From contig JAQFVV010000010.1 of the NCBI GenBank assembly GCA_028023455.1, positions 15,376,001 to 15,440,000 of the forward strand: a stretch of DNA of 64,000 nt, written 5' to 3'. The DNA is from Epiperipatus broadwayi (lineage: Eukaryota > Animalia > Onychophora). Below are positions 38,443 through 49,951 of the stretch, piece by piece. Both the position numbers and the translations under genes were made by a program. Positions within the stretch are counted from its first letter, which is position 1. Each line of letters begins with the position of its first letter. Under the pieces are notes generated by a model. It was not told where the DNA came from. It searched no databases and saw nothing but the letters and a program-made list of their open reading frames with translations.

Positions 38443-41400
38443 ATTTACACTTTAAATATGTACCTGCACAGACAGTCCAGAAATACTGCAAATACCATTT
38501 TTAAATTTACCACCAAATTAATCATATAATATAAAAACGGAGGAATAATCTTCCAAAAATTTCACTTTCATAAAATTATTAACTATAATTTTTTTTATTA
38601 ATTCTGAAATTTATGGAAATATTATTCCCGCATTGCTATCATATATATATATCGACAAGATAGCGCGTAGAACTTAAGTAATATTTTTTTTATTTGTATT
38701 TTTAATATCTTCTAAATTCTTTTTGAATACAATAATGTTCTTCTCATTATCTATTCTTTTTTATTCCCATTAATTTATACACTATATTGGATACTTTAAT
38801 AAATTATTTCTGCTTCTTTCCTACTTAGACAAGCTGTGCCTTCATTTTAGCCATTTACCTTCTGTGACCTTTTACCTAATCTAACCGTTATAATCTCAAT
38901 AATTCTGCTTCTTTGTGTTCTAATCAGATTAAACAAAGATTTTTTTTTACAGCCCTAACATTAGAATCTTGAGCTGATATTACACAATTATTTATAACAA
39001 TTCTTAATTTCTCGATGAAGAGGAGTAGAATTTTTCAATATCTTCTTTTTTTAATTTTTTATTTAATGCCCTCGATTTCAAAGATCATCTAGAAATTTGA
39101 AAATATTCACAACCTGATAGAGAATATGTTGTCTGAAATGATTGCTATTCCGCTGTTTTTCAAGGTTAAAAAAAAAAAAAAAAGTATTTAAATCAACACG
39201 TGTTAAGATAAGATATATATATAAGGTTAAAATTATTTCTTTGCTATTTGGATGATACAAATTGCTGAATTATGGAAGCCACATTAATAGTATTCTATCA
39301 GTATATTATTTAATATAATATTGTAAAAAAAAAAAAGAAGTAATTACTGTATATAAATTAATTAGTAAAAAGTACTATAGAGGGAACTATTTACAAAGTA
39401 TGACCTTAGAAAATTAAAATGCACATGACAATTTTTACAAATAAAATAGTGATATAAAGATATGGGGGGGGGGTAATTAAATAAATTTACAATAATAACA
39501 AAAAAATGAATAATAATTAAATAAAATTGTATATTATTAATCATCACTACTGTATGGAGAGTTTTGCCTGTTTTATTATTTATCATCACAGTCATTCTAA
39601 ATGAGTATGGGCCATTCCAATTCCAAGAATAGAAAAGAAAGAAAAACAAAGTAAAAGTAATATGCTAGAAATGAGTTTGGTGAAGGCTATACAAATCAAT
39701 CCGTAAAATCCAAATATGTCCACATACAATACAAAACACACTAGTTCATTAATCTATTTGATATTTTGCAATGCTGTCCTTTAACTATTTCTGCAGTGAA
39801 CTTAGAAATACCGTGATTCTCTAATTGTAGCTCTTTATTGTATTCTACTTTCAGCCATATATTTCTAATAAAAGTATATGTGAATTAAACTTATAAACAG
39901 GGTCTGCTTCTTTTACAAAAAAAAAACCTATGCTCTACCAAAAATTACTCATTTAGAAAGCCTATTATTGGTCATTCAATTCACATGTCCAATCCAATGA
40001 GAATGTGATTTAAATCCAACAAAGCATCACATGATCATCATTTCTATGACTTCACAAGCAGTTATTAACAATGTGATGTGATGTACTGTAGCTTCTCCTT
40101 AAACGAGATCAAGAATATCTCAGCAATTATGCCCAGGTAAACTTGTTAGCCACTTAATTTTCCATTCCCCACTCTAAGTTTTCCCATATTCTGCTCCATC
40201 CCATTTCCACAACATAATCTTTGTCAACTCTATGGCCTTTATATCTAAATCCTTCTTATCTTTTCCCAAACCCAGCATAAAAACCAATAATTCACTTTCT
40301 GTATAATCACTTTTTTCATATTTATTCTTCCATAACTTCATTATGTGTAACCTTTCAGTTTTCAAGCATTTACATTCAATTATCAAACTCTCCAACAGTA
40401 GTGCCACCCAGTGCAAGCTTTAGTAATCAATGGATGCTGGAAGGTTTGTGCACAAAATCAGCATCCTTAATTTTTTTTCTAATGTCTTTATATTAGGTTA
40501 ATAGAGAGTCCAATTCTCACATTCGTGAAATAAATTGGGTAAAATAATAGATCTATGTATAAGTAATTTAGTTTCAGTATTTATGTCACTGCATGAAACA
40601 TCTTTCCTTTTCCATTTTTTAAATGCAGTATCATTTTAAAGTTTGTATTTCATCTCAACATCCAAGTCTGCTCAATCATCCACAGATATTTCTTCCATTA
40701 CTGACTATCTTTATATGTTTTATTTGAAATGTTAAGTCCATTTTATAGACCATTTTTGAATTTGCAAGGATATCAAAATCAGCACATTATAAATCTAATC
40801 ATAGGCCGACCAGTATGGTGAAAAAACAAATATGAAATTTATAAAATGATGGATAGGTGCCCATATAGTATATCACATATTTAGCAATCCAACAAATGTT
40901 CCCCATTAGTTGTAGTCATAAGATTTGCATACAGTAGTTGTCCAAATCATAGATTGAAAACAACATCACAGGCAGAAGGACGACTTGAAGTGTGATTATT
41001 AAATACCATGCAGCAATGAAATGATCACTAGGTCAAATGTTAATGAGTCAAACAGAATATTACCTGCAAGATCTAAGAAACCAGATCAGAAAATGAAGCA
41101 AAAAGACAATCTAAACATCTACCAGTTTATCTCAAGGCTTATATAATCTAAAGCTAATCTAAGATAGGGAGTATGTTGTGAACACATAATAAATTTCAAC
41201 AATGGACCTGTTCAAACTATAAACTGGATTCAGAATAAAACACAGTTGGCCAAGGAAACAACAATAATATAAATAAATAGCCAATGGCACAAACAGGTTA
41301 ATTATATAAGAAGATCAGTCACACTGATTCTTCAAAGCAAGATAAGAAGATGTGGCTTTAAAACGTATGTCTATTTGAGTGAATCAATAGTTATTGAGCC

Positions 41401-42204
41401 ACAGTCAGAACAGTAATTCATTGCCTTGGAATTGCTTTGACAATAATGCACATTGTCCACTATTTGAAGAGAGCTGTCTGTCATATTCAAATGCAGATCA
41501 AGAAGCTTTGAGCAACAAATAGCATCAGACCTTTCACAAGGCAAACCAATGTAGTTGGAAGTGTTAGATTTATTAGAAGTCACAACATTCTTCCAATTCC
41601 TAGTAATTAATGAAACTATGTATTTGTAATCTTGTCAACTATAATGGACAATGAATTCTAGCAATTGTTTTAAATATATTATTACTATAATGAGATACAA
41701 TAAATGTTTTAACATTACTTTATTTGTATTTTAATTACTTATTAGTCAGGAAACATTTTCCAGCAGCAAAACATATACACACAACATGGATATGCAAAAC
41801 GATAACATGGTAAATATTTCAATTGTATATACACAAAATTTGCATCAAATTTCTAAGATTAAAAATATCAGGGGGAAATGTTTGTTGTTTTTTTCTACAT
41901 AAAACCAATTTTAATTAGAAAATGGTTATTAAAAAAAAGTGTCATTATCATAAAACTCTTCTCAAACTGTCTAAAAATACAATCATTTTATTAAACACAG
42001 CACTTTGCTTTAAAAGATAATGAAATGTTGCATAAACAGTACTATTATTTAGATGAATAAATGAAATATTGGAGACTGTGGATATGTACTTGCAACAGAT
42101 TCATTATAATATGAGAAACAGAAGAAACCTTTACACATACATAGTTACAAAGAGTTGACATTTAATTGGAACAAAATAGCATAAAAGAAAAAAACCCTAT
42201 AATA

Positions 42205-42237
<33 letters not shown>

Positions 42238-42243
42238 ATGTTT

Positions 42244-43514
42244 TTACAATTATATGATGTAAATAAAGTAGTTTTTGGTCAAATGGTGCTTTTATTTTTT
42301 CTTCCCAACATTTTGATGAGATAACATCCGCCACTGTCAAGGTTAATTTTTCAAAGAAAAACCATTAGATCTCAAGTAGTAACGAGATTGAGTGTGAGGT
42401 AAAGAATGAGATGGAGTGTGAAGTAGTTGAGTATTCAGAAATGTAAATTAACAATATGTTTATTTTTTGGGGGGTTTCATCACTAATTAATTTCCAAATT
42501 TATATTAGAAGAAAGAAATAAAATAAGTGGTCTCCATACGGCTGGAATACATTATGCTTCATCAGCTCTATTTAAATCAGTTGGTCTTTTTAATATTTCA
42601 GCACCTTCCTCATAATTCTCAAATCATAGTTTTCCAAATTAATAAATATTTTAGCATTATCAAAATCAGGTTTGTGATCAATTTCTAAAAAATGTGTAAA
42701 AAATAAAAAAAAAATGCATTTAAACCTAAACAAAGAAAGAACATCGGTTGTAATTGGTTGTTAGTGAGCTCTCAGCCGAAAAAGACATTCTGATTGGCTG
42801 GAAAGAACAAAGAAACCGCCTGATCAAAGAAGTAAAAACTGATATATTTAACTTCTGAGTAAAGGCATTTTGATGTTCATTAATTCTAACATTAATTCAT
42901 CTATTAGACTGATGTACATAACTTTTCAAGCATTGTAAACATGGAATTGTATAAATATCCTGGTATTCCAAAAGTACTCTGTCTTTAGGTTTATGAAAAA
43001 AATCACCATTTTTTTTGCTAGTGGAAAAAGTAGACTTTATGCTAAAATTAGATAGTTTTCTACTGATTTTTTCAGAGATTCCTTTAATATAAGGTAAAAC
43101 TTACTCTATAACTAGTTGAATTATCAATTTTATCCTCTTTCTTCTTTTTAACATACAAAAGATTTTTTGTTACAGAAAATATTTGTACACGATGATGATG
43201 AGAATTAAAATATCTGTTTGTATGGGTGGTTTTTCTGTAAACTGATATTGATAAGAAATCACATTTTCTTGCAATCAAAACATCTTGAAAAGAAAGTGAT
43301 TTGTTAATTTCAACTTCCATAGTGAACTTAATATTAGGATGCCAATCATTAAGAAAAACAAGAAAAGAGTTCAAAGCATCAATACTATGAGGCTGTAAAA
43401 CAAACATATCATCCACATATCTGATCCAAATAGGTTTGTTAGTAACTGCATTTAATACCTGACTTTCAAAATTATTTATGAAGAGATCAGCAATTATAGG
43501 TGACAGTGGATATC
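42244..43514 (-). mobile_element. Left arm of palindromic Penelope-like element (RT C-terminal half, GIY-YIG, 3' UTR)
   Basis: Reverse complement encodes (G)xPLSPIIADLF...WIRYVDDMFV...WHPNIKFTMEVE...VYRKTTHTNRY, the PLE RT signature. Mirror of 43549-46020, with an internal ~150-bp deletion and a ~135-bp insertion. Confidence 0.88.
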
Positions 43515-45484
43515 TCTTAGAAAGTCATTTAATTTGTTTATACTTTGGGATCTCCACTGTCACTTGTAATTGCTGATCTCTTCATGAATAATTTTGAAAG
43601 TCAAGTATTAAATGAAGCAACTAAGAAACTTTTTATTTAACTCAGATATATGGTGATAAATTTGTTACATGACCTCATGGTAAAGATGCTTTGCACTCTT
43701 TTCTTAATGATTGGTATCCTAATATTAAGTTTACTATGGAAGTTGAAAATAACAAATCAATTTTTTTTCTAGATATTTTAATGGCAAGAAAATGTGATGA
43801 CTCCTTAGCAATATTGGTTTGCAGAAAATCCACCCACACAAACAGATATCTTAATTTTAATTCTCATCATCATCCTGTGCAAATATTTTCTGTAGCAAAA
43901 AATCTTTTGACAAGAGCTTGTAGTTTGTCTGATAAAGATCATCTGACTCAAGAAATAGAACTAATAAAAAATATTCTACTTGCTAACGGTTACAATAAAA
44001 GCATAATATATAGGGTGTTGTACAGCAATATTAAAAAGAAGAGGATAAAATTGATGATTCAACTAATTATAGTGGTTTTACTTTATATTAAATAAATCAT
44101 TGATAAAATCCATAGAAGACTATCTAATTTTAACATAAAGCAAAAAAATTGATTTTTTCCATAAACCTAGACAGAGTACTTTTGGAATACTAGGATGTTT
44201 ATGAAAATTCCATATTTACAATGCTTGAAAAGCTATATAGGTCATAATAGATAAATTAATGTCAGAATTAATGACCATAAAAATGCCTTTAATCAGAAGT
44301 TAAATACATCAGCTTTCACTTCACATTTTTTAGAAATTTGGCATAAACCTGATTTTGATAATGCTACAATACTTGCTAATTTGGAAAAGTATGATTTGAG
44401 AGCCATGAGGGAGTCGATTAAAATATTAAAAGACCAACTAGTTTATCACATGATCACCATTTCTTATGCTTGCTCTTAACTGTTATTAAAACAGGCAAAA
44501 CTCTCTATACGTACTGCCACTCATTGCAAGCCAAAATAATCAATGGATGCCAGAAGGCTTGTGCATAAAATCCCCATCTAGTGCCTATTCATCCAATATC
44601 CCCAGACTAGTTTTTGGCTTGTGGCCTTTGTCAGTGAAGAGCCTTGGATTTGAGCACACTGCACCTAGATCTTAGGATCTAATGCAACCCTCCAGCAGCC
44701 ATCTTTTATCACTACTTAACTACAAAACTATGATACAAATTAAACACATTATATTTTCAATCTAAGCTAATCAGCTTATATAGTTATATAGGTCTGATAT
44801 ATAGTCATATAGGTCTGAATGCAGTTCAGTATCTATACATTTTGATGTCTTTGGTTCTTTAATAACAATAGCCACCACTATCCTATTGGGCAGGATTGGT
44901 TTAAAGCCAATAAACATCACATGATCACCATTTCTTATGCTTGCTCTTAACTGTTATTAAAACAGGAAAAATTGCCACTCAGTGTAAACCAGAGTAATCA
45001 ATGGGTGCCGGAAAGCTTGTGCATAAAATCCCCATCTATTGCCTACTCGTTCAATATCCCCAGACTAGTTTCTGGCTTTCATCAGTGAGGAGCCTTGGAT
45101 CTGAGAGCACTGTACTTAGATCTTAGGATCTAATGCAACTCTCCAGCAGCCACCTTTTATCTCTACTTAACTATAAAACTATGAGACTTAAATTGAAAAC
45201 ATAATATTTTCAATCCAAGCTCATCAGCTTATATAGTCATATAGGCCTGAACTCAGTTCAGTACCTATACATTTTGGTGTCTTTGGTTCTTTAATAACCA
45301 TAGCCATCACTATCCTATTGGGCAGGATTGGTTTAAAGCCAATAAACATCACATGATCATCCATTCTTATGCTTGCTCTTAATTGTTATTAAAACAGGCA
45401 AAACTATTGACATTCGGTGCAAGCCAGAGTAATAAATGGATGCCAGAAGGCTTGTGCATAAAAGCCCCATCTAGTGCCTACTCG

Positions 45485-45540
45485 TACAACATCCCCAGAC
45501 TAGTTTCTGGCCTGTGGTCTTCATCAGTAAGATTTGGATC
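45485..45540 (-). ncRNA. Type I HHR, family B (core intact, stems weakened)
   Basis: CTGATGA-AGACCACAGGCCA-GAAACTAGTC-TGGGGA on the minus strand. Confidence 0.65.
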
Positions 45541-45584
45541 TAAAAGCACTGCACCTAGATCTTAGGATTTAATGCAATCCGCTA

Positions 45585-45630
45585 CACTGATGAAGGCCAC
45601 AAGCCAGAAACTAGTCTGGGGATATTGGAT
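45585..45630 (+). ncRNA. Type I HHR, family B, in inverted arm (5' stem I mostly lost)
   Basis: CA-CTGATGA-AGGCCACAAGCCA-GAAACTAGTC^TGGGGATATTGGAT. Confidence 0.65.
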
Positions 45631-46945
45631 GAGTAGGCACTAGATGCACAAACCTTCTGACATCCATTGATTACTCTGTCTTGCACTGAGTGGCAAAACA
45701 TACAGAGTTTTACCAACTGGTATAAATAGAGCTGATGAAGTACAATGTATTCCAGCCTTATGGAGACCACTTATTTTATGTTTTTCTTCTAATATAAACT
45801 TGAGAACAATTAATGGTGAAACGGAAGAAAATAAACATTTTGTTAATACTTATATTCTGAATGCTCAACTACTTAATGCTCAATCTCATTACTATTTGAG
45901 ATCCAATGGTTTTTCTTTGAAAAGTTAATCTTGACAATGGCAGATGTTATTTCTTGAAATGTTGGGAAGTAATCAAAAATATCACATAGTTTAACCCCAA
46001 AACTACTTTATATATTGTAATAGTAAAATGAAAGAATTAGTTTGTAGGTAAGATTGGGGGGGGGGGGATTAAGACAAATACAACAATAACATATTTAAAT
46101 ACAAGAGAAGCAATTTAATTTTTTATTTGTAAAAACAATCTATTATCCTTTTTATATACTCTTCTAGACATCCATATTATTGATATTAACCATATATCAA
46201 TCAAAAGAAATGTCACAACTCCATCATCTAGCCTAGTTTTTTTTTAATAATTTGGTACTGCAAATTGATAAAAATAATTCATTAATTCTTTTGTAAATAA
46301 GAATGCAATTTCTGCTAAAATAAATATTTTATTTGTTATCAAAATAAAGTAAGATATTGTATATTATTTAATACTCAACATATTATATTACATTATACTG
46401 TTGTGCAATTGTTTAATAATGTCAGAAATAAACTTGATTAAAATGACTTGCGAATATCTGAATGCTGAAAAAAAATTAGATACAGAAAAAAAAAATTATG
46501 TGAAATTGTCATATCCTCAGCATATAAAAAAAGGCAAAATTATGTGACTGGCAAAACTTCTAAAATGTCTATCTAAATAGGATTTTCTCCAAAATCCTGT
46601 TTCAATTCTCAAAAACTCCTGGATGATTTATTAAGATTACCCTGGAAAAAGAAGAAGAAAACTAATCAGGGAATCACTTATGGGATAGAAACAATGATGT
46701 GACAATTTTATTTTAACATGGCTCACAAAGGATTCAGTTCTTTGTATTGGCAAATCCTGGAGTCCACCTTATCGATCACATGCTTATGTTTTCACTGAAC
46801 TGTCTAAAAGAAAGAAATGTCACATTTTATTTTGTTATACAGAAAAAAATCTATGTATTATAAAAATTCTTATTTATGTATGATTATAATATTTATAAAG
46901 CAATAAAAAACATTTATAATCTGGATTTTAACCTATCCTATATAA

Positions 46946-49765
46946 CAGGGATATCCAACCTGCAGCTCAGGATAATTATGAATGTGGCCAACCCAAAAAC
47001 ACAAACTTAATTGAGACATTCTAAGATTTTTCTGTGTGGTACATGTCTCAATGTGACTAAAATAAATGCAGTACACTATTGCTATTTGTGTGCATGCATG
47101 GTTTCAGGTTTATGAAGGTATGCGACTTCCAGTGCATTATTGTCCAAGGACAGCTAGTAAAATTTGACACCAGACTTTATATTTGCTTGTGATGACTTGG
47201 TAAGGCAGTGATTATCTATAATGTTTTCTATTTATCATTGTAACTTTAGGAGTTTAGAGATTATTTAGAAGCCAGGTGAGCATTCTTATTCGATTATTGA
47301 AGATACTTCTATAGCTTGGCAACACTTAACACATGCCTCATGTAATAGGGATAACAACCAGCTGACAAATGAGCATTTGCTCATTCATGATTTTGACATC
47401 TAACAGATGAATGACCATTTGGACATTTACCAATTGATTTGGTTATTTTGAAAAGCTGAAAAATCATTGGCCATCTACGATATCCCTATGCAATACAGGA
47501 TGTGTGGCTATTCCTGCATGATAACTGGGTCTTATAATAGGCTCAGACAGACTAGAACTATCTAGACCTTTACAATCAGCCCTCCACCTTGCCCTGCATC
47601 AACAGCTGAGAGAAAGTATAGAAAGGCCCAACCCTTGCTTTCTATTTTCCGGTTAATTAATTTTCATAATAACAATAGATAAAATTCCTTATCTATTATT
47701 AGTGTTCATTCATTTCTAAAGAAAATATTAATTTATTTCAGTTAAACAAAAACTAGCTTGAACAATGCTTTCAACCTAGGTCATATTCATAGCATTGTTC
47801 TCCCTTGTTAGCAGAGATTAGTTAATTAAAAGAAAAGCACAAAATTTGATAACTGATTTTTTTTTTAATCCTAGTATAATTTCTATAAGAAAATTCTTAG
47901 AGAAAAATTACGGTTGAACAAGATTGTTCAATAAAAAGTGGACAGATGACGACTTCCTGTTTGTTGATGCAAATATTAAAACTCTGCTTAATTTGTAGAA
48001 TATTTGTGCAAGTTTCCAAAGAATATAATTAAAAGGCACTGCATGCAAAACCATTCCATTAAATTCAAGGTGAATTGAAAAACATATTATAAAAATATGT
48101 AATAATAATCAAATAGTAGAATTGAAAAAAATTATTTTAATAAAAATGTTTCAAAAGAATTTAAATCAGGCAGATTCCATTGTAAATGGGATATAATTTA
48201 CCCTAAAAAAAGGATATTTCTAAAGTCAATTTAATTTACCAAGCTAGTTTGGAGAGGAAAGCTGCTAATTTTAAATTTTATGCTTTGGTGATATAACATG
48301 GGTACTACAGAAATGACTGTGTCCCATTTTTATTAGAGGTATTAATGACAAATATAACATCAATTAAGAAATAGTTTTTTTAAATGTTATCAAAAGAAAC
48401 AACTAAGTCAATAGATTTATATGAAGCAAAATATGGTAAGATGATTTTCTTTGTCCATTGTTACCATATCTGGTAGTCACTGATGGTGCTCCAACAATGA
48501 TAGGTAAAAGAGAGGGGGATTGTAAAATTATCAGAAGATGATGCGATTGCTGCATAAAATACATTTGATGAGGTATCTGTGCATAATTCATCAATTTAAA
48601 GACATTATTAAGACTGTGAAATTTTATACGAGTCAAAAAATTGAATCACCACCAACTCCAGGAATTCCTTAAAAGAATTGATACTAACTATGGCAGCATC
48701 ATTTACTTTTTGAAGTATAATATCTAAGTCAAGGCCAAATGTTATCGTTTACAGTATCAAAAAACAAATTTGTACCAGAACTCTACAATGAAAGCTGACA
48801 TAGATTTGACAATTTAGAGGATTTAGAGACCCATGTAAATAAGGTAAACATAAATCTTCAAGATGAAAATCAACTTACCAATATGTTTCAAACCACAATA
48901 TTCCAAATTGTGGCAATCTCAATTTAAAACAAACAATTTTATGAATCATCATGGTACTTTCACAAATTCTAACACAATTTCCTATAATAACTGCTTTTTT
49001 TAAAAAAAAAACAACAACAACTGCTCTTTGTATTAAAATATGTTGAAAGTACAGGATAGTTTTACTTCCAAAAATTTGACAAACTATTATATTTCATTTG
49101 ATAAAATGTTTTCTTATTTTGATGTTACCTAATCCATCCTGTAAATAGCAAAAAATATGTGGCCTTGCTTTTCAATTTTGAAAGCATATTTAAAGATTTC
49201 TGGGAAAATAGTCAATATTTTGCTATATTTGCAACTCCATTTTCAGTTGTCATAAGTGTTACCTGCCAATTTTAAAATGGACTGAGCCACAATCTGACAT
49301 TTAACTTAAAGAAAAATTTGCTTGTATTTCTTTACTGGAGTTTTATAGAATTTATCTTTTCAGACATATCTGTTACTTCACAATCACACCTTACTCAAGT
49401 CATCATTTTTTGGCAGTACCTACATTTGCAAGCAACTATTTTCAAGAATAAACCATATTAAGAGTAAAATTAAAACCAAAATATCTGACGAGTACCTCGA
49501 GAACTTACCAAGAATTGCAGCTACTTCATTAATTACTTAGATATGTACATTTTCTATATTTGTGATCACAAACTTGGTATCTGCTTGACCATTTTAAAAG
49601 ACTCTGAAAATGGGGCCGCTACATAATTAGACTATGTGATGACTTTTTTGCTTATCTGCGGTGACAGATATATAAAATTATTTACAAATTTTTTTTTCTT
49701 AGCAGCTTTTGATAGTGTTTGTTTATTTGGATTGCCCAGAGATGCCAAAAGATTGGACATCCCTG
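46946..49765 (+). mobile_element. hAT (Buster/SPIN/GTF2IRD2-type) DNA transposon with degenerate transposase
   Basis: TIRs CAGGGATATCCAACC / AGATTGGACATCCCTG. TSD CT(A/G)TATAA. Fragments CLIC...KEYN.KRH, VTDGAPTMIG, LCIIHQ, STYICxQLFS...KSKI at ~47900-49530. Confidence 0.88.
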
Positions 49766-49910
49766 CTGTATAATGTTATTTATTCTATTTAGAATATGAT
49801 AGTTAAACTTAAGAGTATGCTAACGCTCTAAACAAGCTTTTTTTTATTATTATGATAAATGCTACTACAAGAGAAGGCATTCAAATCATCTTTATCTTAG
49901 ATTGTCCCCA

Positions 49911-49951
49911 TCCCCAGACCGGTTTCGACCTATGGGTCTCTTCAGTGAGGA
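49911..49951 (-). ncRNA. Canonical minimal type I hammerhead ribozyme, family C
   Basis: Reverse complement: TCCTCA-CTGAAGA-GACC CATA GGTC-GAAA-CCGGTC^TGGGGA. All core nucleotides present, 4-bp stem II, palindromic ACCGGT stem III, 6-bp stem I. Confidence 0.92.

Larger units (their letters stand above)
44446..45711 (-). mobile_element. Family B tandem array (~2.6 units) plus inverted arm
   Basis: Predicted cleavage sites at 44604/5, 45062/3 and 45497/8 (periods 458 and 435 nt). Inverted HHR at 45587-45616. TSD ACCAACT(A/G)GT(T/A)TA (44433-44445, 45712-45724). Confidence 0.92.
43549..46020 (+). mobile_element. Right arm of palindromic Penelope-like element, interrupted by family B array at 44446-45711
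   Basis: GSPLSLVIADLFM; ORF 43691-44095 (FTMEVE...HTNRYLNFNSHH); GIY-YIG remnants (CLKSYIGH...RINDHKNA); terminal NRADE...IPALWRPLI resumes at 45712. Confidence 0.88.

Noticed and set aside
45195-45232. Second hammerhead-like core in the family B unit (minus strand CTGATGA-GCTTGGATT-GAAAA)
   Set aside because: No real stem II and no UH site. The core is not conserved in other units (CTAATGG at ~6550, CTGATTA at ~44770).
44446-45711. CRISPR array or satellite DNA interpretation of the family B tandem
   Set aside because: Eukaryotic context, ~450-bp whole-unit repeats without unique spacers, and TSD-bounded dispersed insertions.
45383-45770. ORFs containing AYSSNIPRLVSGLWPSS (also 59541-59834)
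   Set aside because: These are antisense translations of the family B hammerhead region, not proteins; frames are not conserved among copies.
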